64,000 nucleotides of DNA, taken from Vicinamibacteria bacterium (GTDB lineage Bacteria; Acidobacteriota; Vicinamibacteria; Marinacidobacterales; Marinacidobacteraceae). Shown piece after piece: positions 9,913-19,547 of this stretch. Position 1 is the stretch's first letter, and every line of letters begins with the position of its first letter. The stretch is from contig OY729431.1 of NCBI GenBank assembly GCA_963422395.1, positions 704,001 through 768,000 of the forward strand. Reading direction: 5' to 3'. The translations under genes and the position numbers were made by a program. A model generated the notes under the pieces. It made no database searches, was not told the DNA's origin, and saw only the letters and a program-made list of their open reading frames with translations.

Positions 9913-11118
9913 TCAGCGCGCCGCGGCGACCACCCGGCCGAGCGCGATGCCGGCCAATTCCGAAAGATCCAGTCTGTCCCCGCTTACATTCCGGAGGAGG
10001 ATCACCGCGGCGTCGGTCTCCGGCTCGATCCAGGCGGCGGCTCGGTATCCGGCGACGCTGCCTCCATGCCCGTAAGCAGTGAACCCGCTTCCCGTCGGAT
10101 CTTCGAGCCGCCGCGCCATGAATCCGAAGCCGTAGCCGCTCGACAGGTCTCCGGCAGCGAACACCTTCGTCAGGTTCTCTCTGCGGACCGCGGCCGGGAT
10201 CACGGCCTCGAAGGGCTCTCCGCCGACTCCGGCGAGAAACCGCAGGAACACCGAGAGATCGGCCAGCGTCGAATAGAGCGCCCCGTTCGGCACCTTGTAG
10301 CCGCGTCCGGCGTGTTCGCGTGCCGGGGTGTCCCCATCGAGCGCGCCGTCGTCCCCGACCGAGACTCCCGCAGCGATCCGCGCGGAGAGTTCCTCCGTCG
10401 GATAGAAGACCGTCGAGTCCATTCCCAGCGGTGCGAGCAGCTTTGCCGCCGCCTCGGCCATGAAGGGTTCGCCGGCGGCGCGCGCAACCGCCGCGCCGAG
10501 CATCGCGTAGCCGATGTTGGAGTACTGGTATCGGGTTCCCGGCTCGTACTCGAAGGAGGTCGCTTCGAGCGCGCGGAACGCCGTCTCGAGCCACTGGTCG
10601 GGCGCGCCGACCAGGTACTCCGGCAGATTCTCCGGCTCGCGGGCGAGCCCGCCGGTCATCGTCCCGAGCTGGTAGAGGCTGGGCCCGGGGGTCCAGGAAA
10701 AGGGATTCCGCACTCGTTCGAGTTCGGGCACGAAGGCCCGCACCGGGTCCCCGAGCCGCGCTTTCCCCTCGTGGACGAGGCGCAGCATGGACATCGCGGT
10801 GACCGGCTTCGTGATCGAGCCGATGCGGAACAGATGGTCGGCGCGGACCGGGACCCGGTGTTCGAGGTCGGCGAAACCGAATCCGCCCGCATACGCGGGC
10901 TCCCCGCCGACGAAGACGCCGAACGCCGCTCCGCCGCGGCCGTCTGCTTCGAAGACCCGGCGGAGGTCTTCGGCAGCGAGGGCCGCCGCTTCGGGAACCG
11001 ACGGAGCGGAGGCCGGTACCGGCTGCGGGCCGCAGGCGGCGGACGCCGCCCCGAGCAGGCACCAAGCGAGCGCCGCCCGTCCGGCCGCAGCGAAGAACGA
11101 GGGAACCGCAGGAGACAT
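9913..11118 (-). CDS. Serine hydrolase, beta-lactamase/class C-like family (likely lipoprotein)
   Basis: SxxK (GSITK), YSN and HGG motifs; lipobox-like ASAAC. Confidence 0.85.
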   Translation of the reverse strand: MSPAVPSFFAAAGRAALAWCLLGAASAACGPQPVPASAPSVPEAAALAAEDLRRVFEADGRGGAAFGVFVGGEPAYAGGFGFADLEHRVPVRADHLFRIGSITKPVTAMSMLRLVHEGKARLGDPVRAFVPELERVRNPFSWTPGPSLYQLGTMTGGLAREPENLPEYLVGAPDQWLETAFRALEATSFEYEPGTRYQYSNIGYAMLGAAVARAAGEPFMAEAAAKLLAPLGMDSTVFYPTEELSARIAAGVSVGDDGALDGDTPAREHAGRGYKVPNGALYSTLADLSVFLRFLAGVGGEPFEAVIPAAVRRENLTKVFAAGDLSSGYGFGFMARRLEDPTGSGFTAYGHGGSVAGYRAAAWIEPETDAAVILLRNVSGDRLDLSELAGIALGRVVAAAR

Positions 11119-11225
11119 GGCGGCCCCGAACGATACCCGGACGCTGCCCGAGATGTGTCGCCGCTCGGACGCCGAGCGGCTTCGTCCACCGGCTGCCGAG
11201 ACGCCGAAGCGGTAGCATCGGGGCG

Positions 11226-14200
11226 ATGCGGCGGCTGACGGCCTTCCTCGGGCTTTTACTCGGTGCAGCGGCGGCAGTCTCGGCGGCAGCAGTCTTGGCT
11301 GCAGGGCCCGAGGAAGGGACGGCCGCCCGCGCGCAGGAGGAAGGCGCCTCGCTCCCGGTCCGGGTCAGCGAGGGGACCAACTTCGCGGCCGCCGTCTCTC
11401 CGGAGGGCGCGGCGATCGTCCTGGACCTGCAGGGAACGCTCTGGCGGCTCGCCGCGGCCGGCGGCGAAGCGACGGCGCTCACCGACGGCCTCGGCGACGA
11501 TCGGCTTCCCGATTTCCACCCCGACGGCCGCAGCGTCGCCTACCAGTCGTTTCGCGCCGGAACCTGGGACATCTGGCAGCTCGCCCTACCCGAAGAGCTG
11601 CCCTCCGGGGAGCTGCCGTTCGGGGAGCCGGAGCCGCTCACCGCGACGAACTTCGACGACCGGGAGCCCGCCTGGTCCCCCGACGGCTCGCGGCTCGCGT
11701 TTTCCTCGGACCGCTCCGGCACCTACGACATCTGGGTGCTGGAACTCGCCAGCGGCGAGGCGTCTCCGGTGACCAGCGCTCTCGGAAACGAATCGCAGCC
11801 CGCCTGGACCCCCGACGGCGCCGGCCTCGTCTTCGTCGCCGCACCCGAGGGCGAAGCCGAGAGCGTCCTGATGCTGCTCTCCCTCGAAGGCGGCGATCCG
11901 ACCCCCGTTCCCGGAACCTCCGGCAGGGTCGCGGCTCCCTCGGTCAGCCCCGACGGTGGCCGCGTCGTCTTCCACCGCCTCCACTATGAGGGGCTGACCC
12001 TGATGGGAAGCCGTTTCGACATCGGAGTCTCGAGCGAATGGGTGCTCGCGCCGCTTTCTCCGGCCGCCGCGCCGGCCGCGAGCGGGGCCCGGACGCTCCC
12101 GGCGGTCCTCACCGCCGCCGGAGAAGACCTCTTCCCGTTCCGCCCGCAGTGGCTCGACGCCGACACCCTGCTCTATACCGCGGACGGAGGAATCCGCCGC
12201 CTCGGGATCGGATCCGCGGGCGTTTCCGGCGGGGAACCCGAAGCGCCCGAGCGGGTCCCGATGTCCCTCACCCTCGCCGTCCGCCGGGCCCCGGAGCGCC
12301 GGGGGAAGATCCGCACCGGGTCCACCGAAGCGATGCCGGTCCGGGGAATCCTCCGGCCGAGCGTCAGCCCCGACGGGACCCGGCTCCTCTACGCCGCGCT
12401 CGGCGACCTCTGGACCGCTCCGCTGGATGGGTCTGCGGCGCCGCAGCCGCTCACCCGCGACAGCTGGCTGGACACCGATCCGGTGTGGCTGCCCGATGGG
12501 CAGAGCGTCCTGTTCGCGAGCGATCGGGGCGGAACGATGGACCTCTGGGAAAAGCGGCTCGACTCGGGGCCGGGTGCGGGGTTGACCCGGCATACCGGCC
12601 GGCTCGGCGCCGAGGTGAGCCCAGCGGTGAGCGCCGACGGTTCGAGGATCGCCTGGCTCGACGAGGCCGGGAACCTGCGGATCACGCCGCGCGGGCCGGA
12701 CGCCGGCCCGGCCTCCGGCGAGGGAGAGACCCTCTACCGGGCGCGGCGGGGCGCGGGAATGCCGAGCTGGTCTCCCGACGGCGACACGATCGCGCTTTCG
12801 AGCCTGAGCCCCTTCTCTTCCCGTTTCCGCGAGGGTCGGAACCGGGTGGTTCTGGTGTCGGCGGCGACCGGCGAGGCGCGCGTCCTCGACGAGCCGGCGG
12901 CGAGCTTCGGAACCCGCGATTCCGACGGTCCGGTCTTCTCTCCCGATGGAAGCCGGCTCGCCTTCGCCCTCGACGGCGGGCTCGCGCTGCTCGCGTTGGC
13001 CGACGACGGTTCGCCCGCCGGGCCGCCGCAGCGGATCTTCGAGGGACCGGTGGACTTCCCCGCCTGGACCCCCGACGGGCAGAGCCTGACTGCGGTTTCC
13101 GGCGCCGGGCTGGTGCGCATCGCGGCGGACGGCAGCGGCTCGGAGCCGATCCGCCTGCGCCACGAATTCGTGGTTCCCGAACCCTCGGGGAAATTGTTGT
13201 TCCACGATGTCGCGGTCCTCGATGTCGAGCGGGGGGAGACTCTGCCCGGCCGGGATGTCCTGGTGGATGGGGGCCGCATCGTCTCCATCGCGCCCACCGG
13301 CGAGCCTTCCGACGACGGCACGCGGGTGGTTCGCGGGGAGGGTTCCACGCTGGTTCCCGGCCTCATCGAGATGCATACCCACCCGCTGGGGCCCGCCTTC
13401 GGGAATCGCTTCGGACGGACGCACCTCGCCTACGGGGTGACCTCGGTGCGGATCCCCGCCGCCGCCACCTACCGCGTTCTCGAAGAGCGGGAGTCCATCC
13501 TTTCCGGGCGGCGGGTGGGCCCGCGCCTGTTCCTGACCGGGACCACGCTCGATGGGAGCCGTATCTACTACCCGGGGGCGGCGGCTCTCACGAGCGAGCG
13601 GGCGGTCGCGGCGGTGCTCGGCCTGGCCCGCGACCTCGATTACGACCTGGTCAAGACCTATGTGCGGCTCGACGACGCCTCCCAGCGGGACGCCATTCGG
13701 CGTGCCCACCGCTTTCGCGCCTTCGTGACCTCGCACGAGCTGTACCCCGCGGTGCGTCATGGAGTGGACGGGATCGAACATCTCAAGGGGACTTCGCGCC
13801 GCGGCTTTTCCCCCAAGGTGACCGACCTCGGACGCTCCTATCAGGATGTCCGCGCGCTCATCGCCGAGTCCGGCGTCTTCTTCACTCCGACGCTGCTGAT
13901 CTACGGCGGCTGGGATCTCGCCCTCGCGCGGGAGCCCGGGCTGCTCGCCGCCGACCGCCGCATCCGCGCCTTCCCCGCCTGGCTGGCTGCCCGCCTGACC
14001 GCTCCGCCGGACGAAGCCGCAGACCCGGCTGCCCGGCTGGCTCTGATGCAGCCCATGTGGGAGACCATCGCCTCGATCGCTGCCGCCGGAGGGCGGATCA
14101 TCGCCGGCACCGACACTCCGATCGTGCCCTACGGGCTGGGACTCCTCCTCGAGATCGAACAGCTGGCGGAAGCGGGGCTCGGCCCCGCGGGGGCGATCCG

Positions 14201-14390
14201 CGCTGCGACCGTGACCGCCGCGGAAGCGCTCGGACTCTCGGGAGAGCTCGGGGTGATCGCACCCGGCGCCCTCGCCGATCTGGTGCTCCTCGAAGGGGAT
14301 CCGCTCGAGGACATCCGCAACCTCCGTCGGGTCCGGGCGGTCGTGTCCGATGGACGGCTCGCGACGCTCGACCAGCTGCTCGCCTTTTGA
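11226..14390 (+). CDS. Secreted amidohydrolase with TolB-like PD40 beta-propeller domains
   Basis: Signal peptide; repeated P-x-W/F-S-PDG motifs; PGLIEMHTH, AGTD and GALADLV amidohydrolase motifs. Confidence 0.85.
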   Translation: MRRLTAFLGLLLGAAAAVSAAAVLAAGPEEGTAARAQEEGASLPVRVSEGTNFAAAVSPEGAAIVLDLQGTLWRLAAAGGEATALTDGLGDDRLPDFHPDGRSVAYQSFRAGTWDIWQLALPEELPSGELPFGEPEPLTATNFDDREPAWSPDGSRLAFSSDRSGTYDIWVLELASGEASPVTSALGNESQPAWTPDGAGLVFVAAPEGEAESVLMLLSLEGGDPTPVPGTSGRVAAPSVSPDGGRVVFHRLHYEGLTLMGSRFDIGVSSEWVLAPLSPAAAPAASGARTLPAVLTAAGEDLFPFRPQWLDADTLLYTADGGIRRLGIGSAGVSGGEPEAPERVPMSLTLAVRRAPERRGKIRTGSTEAMPVRGILRPSVSPDGTRLLYAALGDLWTAPLDGSAAPQPLTRDSWLDTDPVWLPDGQSVLFASDRGGTMDLWEKRLDSGPGAGLTRHTGRLGAEVSPAVSADGSRIAWLDEAGNLRITPRGPDAGPASGEGETLYRARRGAGMPSWSPDGDTIALSSLSPFSSRFREGRNRVVLVSAATGEARVLDEPAASFGTRDSDGPVFSPDGSRLAFALDGGLALLALADDGSPAGPPQRIFEGPVDFPAWTPDGQSLTAVSGAGLVRIAADGSGSEPIRLRHEFVVPEPSGKLLFHDVAVLDVERGETLPGRDVLVDGGRIVSIAPTGEPSDDGTRVVRGEGSTLVPGLIEMHTHPLGPAFGNRFGRTHLAYGVTSVRIPAAATYRVLEERESILSGRRVGPRLFLTGTTLDGSRIYYPGAAALTSERAVAAVLGLARDLDYDLVKTYVRLDDASQRDAIRRAHRFRAFVTSHELYPAVRHGVDGIEHLKGTSRRGFSPKVTDLGRSYQDVRALIAESGVFFTPTLLIYGGWDLALAREPGLLAADRRIRAFPAWLAARLTAPPDEAADPAARLALMQPMWETIASIAAAGGRIIAGTDTPIVPYGLGLLLEIEQLAEAGLGPAGAIRAATVTAAEALGLSGELGVIAPGALADLVLLEGDPLEDIRNLRRVRAVVSDGRLATLDQLLAF

Positions 14391-14541
14391 CCAGGCTGCT
14401 GGCAGACGGGTTGCGCCGATCGAAAAGCGATTTCGGGGCATACTTCGAGATTCGGCGCCTGCGCGTTGTTTCTTCAGGGGAACGCACGGCGTTTACGGGT
14501 CTGGCACGGCTCGCTCTAGCGAGCCTCGATAAGGAAATGAC

Positions 14542-14817
14542 ATGACCAAAGTCGAACTCATTCGAACCCTGGCCGACGCGGCCGGGATCAGTCGCCGGGA
14601 AGGCGCAGCGGTCCTCGACGGGCTCCGCGATCTCGCCGTGGAGGAACTTCGTAGCGGGAACGACTTTCTGTTGCCCGGGATGGTGAAGCTCTCCGTGGTG
14701 CACCGCGAGGCCCGCATGGGCCGCAATGTGCGGACCGGCGAGGCGATCGAAGTCCCGGCCCGGGATGTGGTCCGGTGCAAGGTCTCTCGCCCGTTCCAGG
14801 CCGACTGCTGCGACTGA
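14542..14817 (+). CDS. hup: HU family DNA-binding protein
   Basis: MTKVELI...ARMGRNVRTGEAIEVPA; AAGGA RBS upstream. Confidence 0.85.
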   Translation: MTKVELIRTLADAAGISRREGAAVLDGLRDLAVEELRSGNDFLLPGMVKLSVVHREARMGRNVRTGEAIEVPARDVVRCKVSRPFQADCCD

Positions 14818-14884
14818 CCGCCCGCGTCAGAGGCGGCCGGCACTGCCGGACGGGCCCTCGCTGCCGCTGGCTGGGCCGCGTTCG

Positions 14885-16531
14885 GTGAGCCCTTCGGGGG
14901 AGGCGGCCGGGCGTTCCGGCGCCCACCCGGCGGCCGCCGCTTCGAGGCGCCCGGCTTCGGCCGGCGGCCTCTATCCGGCCGTCGATCTGTCCTCCTACCG
15001 GGACGATGCGGCGCTTTGGCGCCGCGTTCCGATGGAGCTGGTGCGGCGCTACCGGTTCGTTCCGCTGCGAGAAGACGGCGAGCGCCTCTGGATCGCCGTC
15101 GCCGCTCCGGTGCCCGAAGCCGACATGGATCGGCTCGAGCTCTTGCTCCGGCGTCCGCTCGTCGTCCAGGCGGCGGATGAGGACCGGATCCGGGAGATCA
15201 TCGAGCGAAACACGAATTCCAGCTTCCTGCTCGACCGGGCGTCCGAGGACCTTCGCATCGAACGGCTCGGAAGAGATGAGGAAGGGGTGGGGCCGCCGCT
15301 GATCTCGCTCGACGCCCTCGAGAACGATCCGGGCGGCAGCCCGGTGGTCCGCCTGGTGGACTCGCTGCTCGTGAACGCGATCGAGAGGCGCGCGACGGAC
15401 ATCCATATCGAAACGAAGGCCAGCGAGGTCGTCCTCAAGTACCGGGTGGACGGGGTTCTCTACCCGGCGATGGATCCCGTGGACGCAGCCCATCATCAGA
15501 CCATCGCGGCCCGGCTGAAAGTGATGGCGGACCTCGATGTCGCGGAGCGGCGGGTGCCGCAGGACGGCCGGTTCCGGGCGGCGCTCCCCGCTGGCCCCGA
15601 AAGCGGATTGCGCACCGTGGATTTCCGCGTCTCGGTCATGCCGAGCGTCCACGGCGAAGATGTGGTCATCCGGGTGCTCGACAAACAGAGCCTCGGGTCC
15701 CGGTTCGAGGCCCTTTCGCTTCCGGCGCTCGGTTTCGCCGGCCGTGAACTCGAGCTGCTGCGCGCCCACATCCGCCGGCCCTTCGGGATGTTCCTGGCGA
15801 CCGGCCCCACCGGCAGCGGCAAGACGACGACCCTCTACGCGGCGCTCTCGGAAGTCGCCTCTGCGGAGGAGAAGATCGTGACCGTCGAGGATCCGGTGGA
15901 GTACGAAATCGCCGGGGTGACCCAGGTCCCGGTGAACGAAAAGAAGGGGCTCACCTTCGCGCGCGGCTTGCGCTCGATCCTCCGGCACGACCCCGACACC
16001 ATCATGGTGGGTGAGGTGCGGGACCCGGAGACCGCCTCGATCGCCGTCCAGGCGGCGCTGACCGGCCACCTCGTGCTCACCACGGTGCACGCCAACCACG
16101 CCCTCGATGTCATCGGACGGTTCCTCCACATGGGTTCCGATCCGTACAACTTCGTCTCGGCGCTCCACTGCATCGTGGCCCAGCGCCTCGTCCGCCTGCT
16201 CTGCGCCGCCTGCCGGCGGACCGCGGCGCCGGACGCTGCCGAGCGGGAGGCGCTCGAAGCGGTCTCCGAACTCCCGGAGCAGGTCTATCGTCCGGAGGGC
16301 TGCCGGAAGTGCCAGGGAGCCGGATTTCGCGGACGGACCGCCATCGCCGAGGTTCTGCCGCTCAGTCCGACCCTGCGGGAGATGATCCTCGAACGGCGCG
16401 GCGCCCAGGAGGTGCGGCAGCAGGCGGACCGCGAGGGAATGGTCTCGCTGCGGCGGAATGCGCTCGCTGCGGTGGCGCGCGGTCTGACCACCCTCTCCGA
16501 GGTGAATCGGGTGACCTCCGATGACCTCTGA
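14885..16531 (+). CDS. GspE/PilB family secretion/pilus ATPase
   Basis: Walker A GPTGSGKTTT, LRHDPDTIMVGEVRD, AALTGHLVLTTVH and CxxC Zn motifs. In-frame GTG at 14885 chosen. Confidence 0.88.
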   Translation: MSPSGEAAGRSGAHPAAAASRRPASAGGLYPAVDLSSYRDDAALWRRVPMELVRRYRFVPLREDGERLWIAVAAPVPEADMDRLELLLRRPLVVQAADEDRIREIIERNTNSSFLLDRASEDLRIERLGRDEEGVGPPLISLDALENDPGGSPVVRLVDSLLVNAIERRATDIHIETKASEVVLKYRVDGVLYPAMDPVDAAHHQTIAARLKVMADLDVAERRVPQDGRFRAALPAGPESGLRTVDFRVSVMPSVHGEDVVIRVLDKQSLGSRFEALSLPALGFAGRELELLRAHIRRPFGMFLATGPTGSGKTTTLYAALSEVASAEEKIVTVEDPVEYEIAGVTQVPVNEKKGLTFARGLRSILRHDPDTIMVGEVRDPETASIAVQAALTGHLVLTTVHANHALDVIGRFLHMGSDPYNFVSALHCIVAQRLVRLLCAACRRTAAPDAAEREALEAVSELPEQVYRPEGCRKCQGAGFRGRTAIAEVLPLSPTLREMILERRGAQEVRQQADREGMVSLRRNALAAVARGLTTLSEVNRVTSDDL

Positions 16532-16612
16532 CCGCCCGGACGCCGGATCGGGCTCGGCGCGGACTACCGCAGGCCGCCCCGGCTCGTTTCCGCGGGGGCC
16601 GGCGGCGGGCTG

Positions 16613-17488
16613 GTGACGGCGAGCCTCGAACCTCCGGCCGGCGGCTCCGGCTCCGGAGTGGGGCCGGGGGGGGCCGGCAGCGCGTGGCGGCCGCAAGACC
16701 TCGAAGCGCGGCTCGCCCAGCGGGATCGACTCTCCCGGGACGCCCAGCTGCTCCACTTCGACAGCGGCGTGCCTGCCGGGGTCCGGCCCGGCCAGTTCAC
16801 CATGGTGCGCCTCGCCGGCGGCGGGCTGCTGCGCCGGCCGTACTCGTTTTGCGATCTCGCCGGAGACCGCGGCTTCAGCCTGCTGGTCAAGGAAGCGGGC
16901 GTCGGCACCCGGGCGCTCCTGAACCTGCCCGTCGGCGAGGTCCTGTTCGGTCTCGGCCCCCTCGGGACTGCATTCGACCCGCCGCCGCCGGACCGCACCC
17001 CGGTCGTGGTCGCGGGCGGAGTGGGCATCGCCCCGTTCGTGCTGTTCTGCCGCCGTCTCGCCGAGACCGGTCGGCGGGGCATCGTGCTTCTCGGGGGGAG
17101 GAGCGAACCGGACCTCTACCTTCGGGAGAACTTCGCGGAGCTGGGGATGGAGGTGCGCACCGCGACCGAGGACGGAACCCTGGGCCGGCGGGGCTTCGTG
17201 ACCGAATTACTCGAAGCGGCTCTCGCCGACGCCGGCGCGCCCCAGCTCTATTCGTGCGGCCCCACCGGAATGCTCCGGCGGCTGGCCGAGGTTTCGGAGA
17301 CGGCGGGTGTTCCGCACCAGGTGTCCATCGAGCGGCGGATGGGTTGCGGGATGGGCTGCTGTCTCGGTTGCGTGGTCTGGGCGGCGCCTTCGCCCGGGCG
17401 CCCGCCGGAGTACCTGCGAAGCTGTACCGAGGGTCCGGTGTTCGACGCCGGGCGGATCGTCTGGGACCGGGATCCGCATCCGCTTTGA
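16613..17488 (+). CDS. pyrK: Dihydroorotate dehydrogenase electron transfer subunit
   Basis: RRPYS, AGGVGIAP, SCGP and MGCGMGCCLGC [2Fe-2S] motif; adjacent to pyrD. Confidence 0.88.
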   Translation: MTASLEPPAGGSGSGVGPGGAGSAWRPQDLEARLAQRDRLSRDAQLLHFDSGVPAGVRPGQFTMVRLAGGGLLRRPYSFCDLAGDRGFSLLVKEAGVGTRALLNLPVGEVLFGLGPLGTAFDPPPPDRTPVVVAGGVGIAPFVLFCRRLAETGRRGIVLLGGRSEPDLYLRENFAELGMEVRTATEDGTLGRRGFVTELLEAALADAGAPQLYSCGPTGMLRRLAEVSETAGVPHQVSIERRMGCGMGCCLGCVVWAAPSPGRPPEYLRSCTEGPVFDAGRIVWDRDPHPL

Positions 17489-18450
17489 TGGCTTCCGACG
17501 CGGCCGCGCCCGTCGCCATGGGCGTCGAGGTAGCGGGTCTTTCGCTGCCCACGCCGCTGATCGCCGCGAGCGGCACCTTCGGCTACGGCGACGAGTATCA
17601 GGGGGTCGCCGACTACGACTGCATCGGCGCGGTGTCGGTGAAGGGGCTCTACCTCGAACCCCGCGGGGGGTGCCCGCCGCCGCGCATCTGGGAGACGCCT
17701 TCCGGGATGCTGAACGCCATCGGCCTCCAGGAGGTCGGCATCCGGCGCTTCCTCGCCGACAAGCTGCCGGCGGTCCGCGCCCTCGGCAAGATCGTGCTGG
17801 CCAACATCTGCGGCAGTTCGCTCGCCGAGTACGGCGAACTTGCACGGATTCTCGACCAGGCCGAGGGCGTTTGCGGGATCGAGGTGAACATCTCCTGCCC
17901 CAATGTCGCGGCGGGCGGGATCGAATTCGGATGCGATCCGGACCTGGCGGCGCGGGCCACCGAAGTCGTCCGCCAGGGGACCGGGCTGCCGGTGATCCCC
18001 AAGCTGAGCCCGAGCGCCAGCGATCTGGCGGCGGTGGCGCGGCGGGTCGAGGAGGCGGGAGCGGACGCGGTGTCGCTCATCAACACCATCCCCGCGATGG
18101 CGGTGGATGTGGAAACCCGCCGCCCGCGGCTCGCCAACATCGTGGGAGGGCTCTCGGGGCCGGCGATTCGCCCCATCGCCGTCCGCATGGTGTGGGAAGT
18201 CGCCCGCGGCTGCCGGCTGCCGGTGATCGGGATCGGCGGCATCGCCTCCGCCGAGGACGCGGTGGAATTCCTGCTCGCCGGAGCGGCCGCGGTGCAGATC
18301 GGCACGATGAACTTCGTGGAGCCCGGAGTCTGGCGGCGCACTTTCGACGGTCTCGAGGCCTATTGCCGGCGCCATCGCGTCGCCGCGGTGAACGAGCTCA
18401 CCGGGGCGCTGCTGCCGTTTCCAGATCCGGGGTCGGAGGCCGGCCGGTGA
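17488..18450 (+). CDS. pyrD: Dihydroorotate dehydrogenase (family 1B) catalytic subunit
   Basis: ASGTFGYG, NAIGL, EVNISCPN, GGLSGPAIRP; TGATG translational coupling to pyrK. Confidence 0.92.
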   Translation: MASDAAAPVAMGVEVAGLSLPTPLIAASGTFGYGDEYQGVADYDCIGAVSVKGLYLEPRGGCPPPRIWETPSGMLNAIGLQEVGIRRFLADKLPAVRALGKIVLANICGSSLAEYGELARILDQAEGVCGIEVNISCPNVAAGGIEFGCDPDLAARATEVVRQGTGLPVIPKLSPSASDLAAVARRVEEAGADAVSLINTIPAMAVDVETRRPRLANIVGGLSGPAIRPIAVRMVWEVARGCRLPVIGIGGIASAEDAVEFLLAGAAAVQIGTMNFVEPGVWRRTFDGLEAYCRRHRVAAVNELTGALLPFPDPGSEAGR

Positions 18451-19547
18451 TGTCCCCCGGCGCCGGAGCTATTGGCGGTGCGGCGCCGCTTCTTCCGCCT
18501 TGGGCCGCTCCGGCAGGCCGCGGAGAACTCGTGGCTGCCGTGGACACCGGATCCCTCGACAGCGCCCTGCGTCTGCGCGACCGTCTCGCCGGGGCGGTGT
18601 CCTTCTTCAAGATCGGCAAGGAACTCTTCACCGCCGCCGGACCGCCGGTCGTGCGCGAATTCGCCGCGGTGGGCCGGGTCTTCCTCGATCTGAAGTACCA
18701 CGACATTCCCGCTACCGTCCGGGGAGCCGTCCGCTCGGCGGCGGCGCTCGGCGCCAGCATCGTGGATGTGCACGCCTCGGGAGGGCTCCCCATGCTGGAA
18801 GCGGCCGTCGGCGCGGTCCGGGGGGCCCCGCGCCCGCCGCTGCTCCTCGCTGTGACCGTGCTGACCCACCTCGATCCGCGGGCGGCCGCCGAGGTCTTCG
18901 GAACCGGGGACATTCCCGGCCAGGCGCTCCGCCTCGCCCGCCTCGCCCGCGGCGCCGGCCTCGGCGGAGTCGTCGCTTCGGCGGCGGAGGTCGAACCCCT
19001 CCGGGAGGCGTTCGGGGAGGGCTTCGTCCTGTTGGTTCCGGGGGTCCGCCCGAGGTGGGCGCCGGAGGCGCACGATCAGCGCCGGGTGGCCTCGCCCGGC
19101 GAGGCGGCGCGCCGGGGCGCGAACTATCTGGTGGTGGGGCGGGCGATCACGACGAGCCGCGACCCCCGTTCGGCGGCGCTCCGGATCCGGGACGAAGTCG
19201 CCGCTCGACCCCGGTCGAGCCGCCGGGAGGAAGCGGTGCGGGCAGCGCTCCTGCATCGCCCCCGCGACGGCTCTTGGGGCGCTTCGAGCCGAGCAGCGAC
19301 CGAGCGGCCTTCTCGAAGAACAGCGCGTCGCTGCGTTGGGGCATCCATACCGACCGCCATCCCATCCGGGTCGTGCGGCGGAAGGAGACGGCGAGGAGCA
19401 GGAGGCGGAAGGTCATGCCGACGGTCATCGCCCAGGCCGCTCCCCGAACCCCGAGCAGTGGGTACAGCACCAGCAGAACGCCGAGATTGCCGAGCAGGCC
19501 CACTCCCACTGCCCAGGAGCAGATCTCCGGGCGGTCGATGCCCCTGA
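18450..19547 (+). CDS. pyrF: Orotidine-5'-phosphate decarboxylase, with abnormal C-terminal extension
   Basis: FLDLKYHDIPATV, AVTVLT, PGVR, DQRRV, VVGRAIT; TGATG coupling to pyrD. Homology ends near 19205 but there is no stop until 19547. Confidence 0.85.
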   Translation: MSPGAGAIGGAAPLLPPWAAPAGRGELVAAVDTGSLDSALRLRDRLAGAVSFFKIGKELFTAAGPPVVREFAAVGRVFLDLKYHDIPATVRGAVRSAAALGASIVDVHASGGLPMLEAAVGAVRGAPRPPLLLAVTVLTHLDPRAAAEVFGTGDIPGQALRLARLARGAGLGGVVASAAEVEPLREAFGEGFVLLVPGVRPRWAPEAHDQRRVASPGEAARRGANYLVVGRAITTSRDPRSAALRIRDEVAARPRSSRREEAVRAALLHRPRDGSWGASSRAATERPSRRTARRCVGASIPTAIPSGSCGGRRRRGAGGGRSCRRSSPRPLPEPRAVGTAPAERRDCRAGPLPLPRSRSPGGRCP

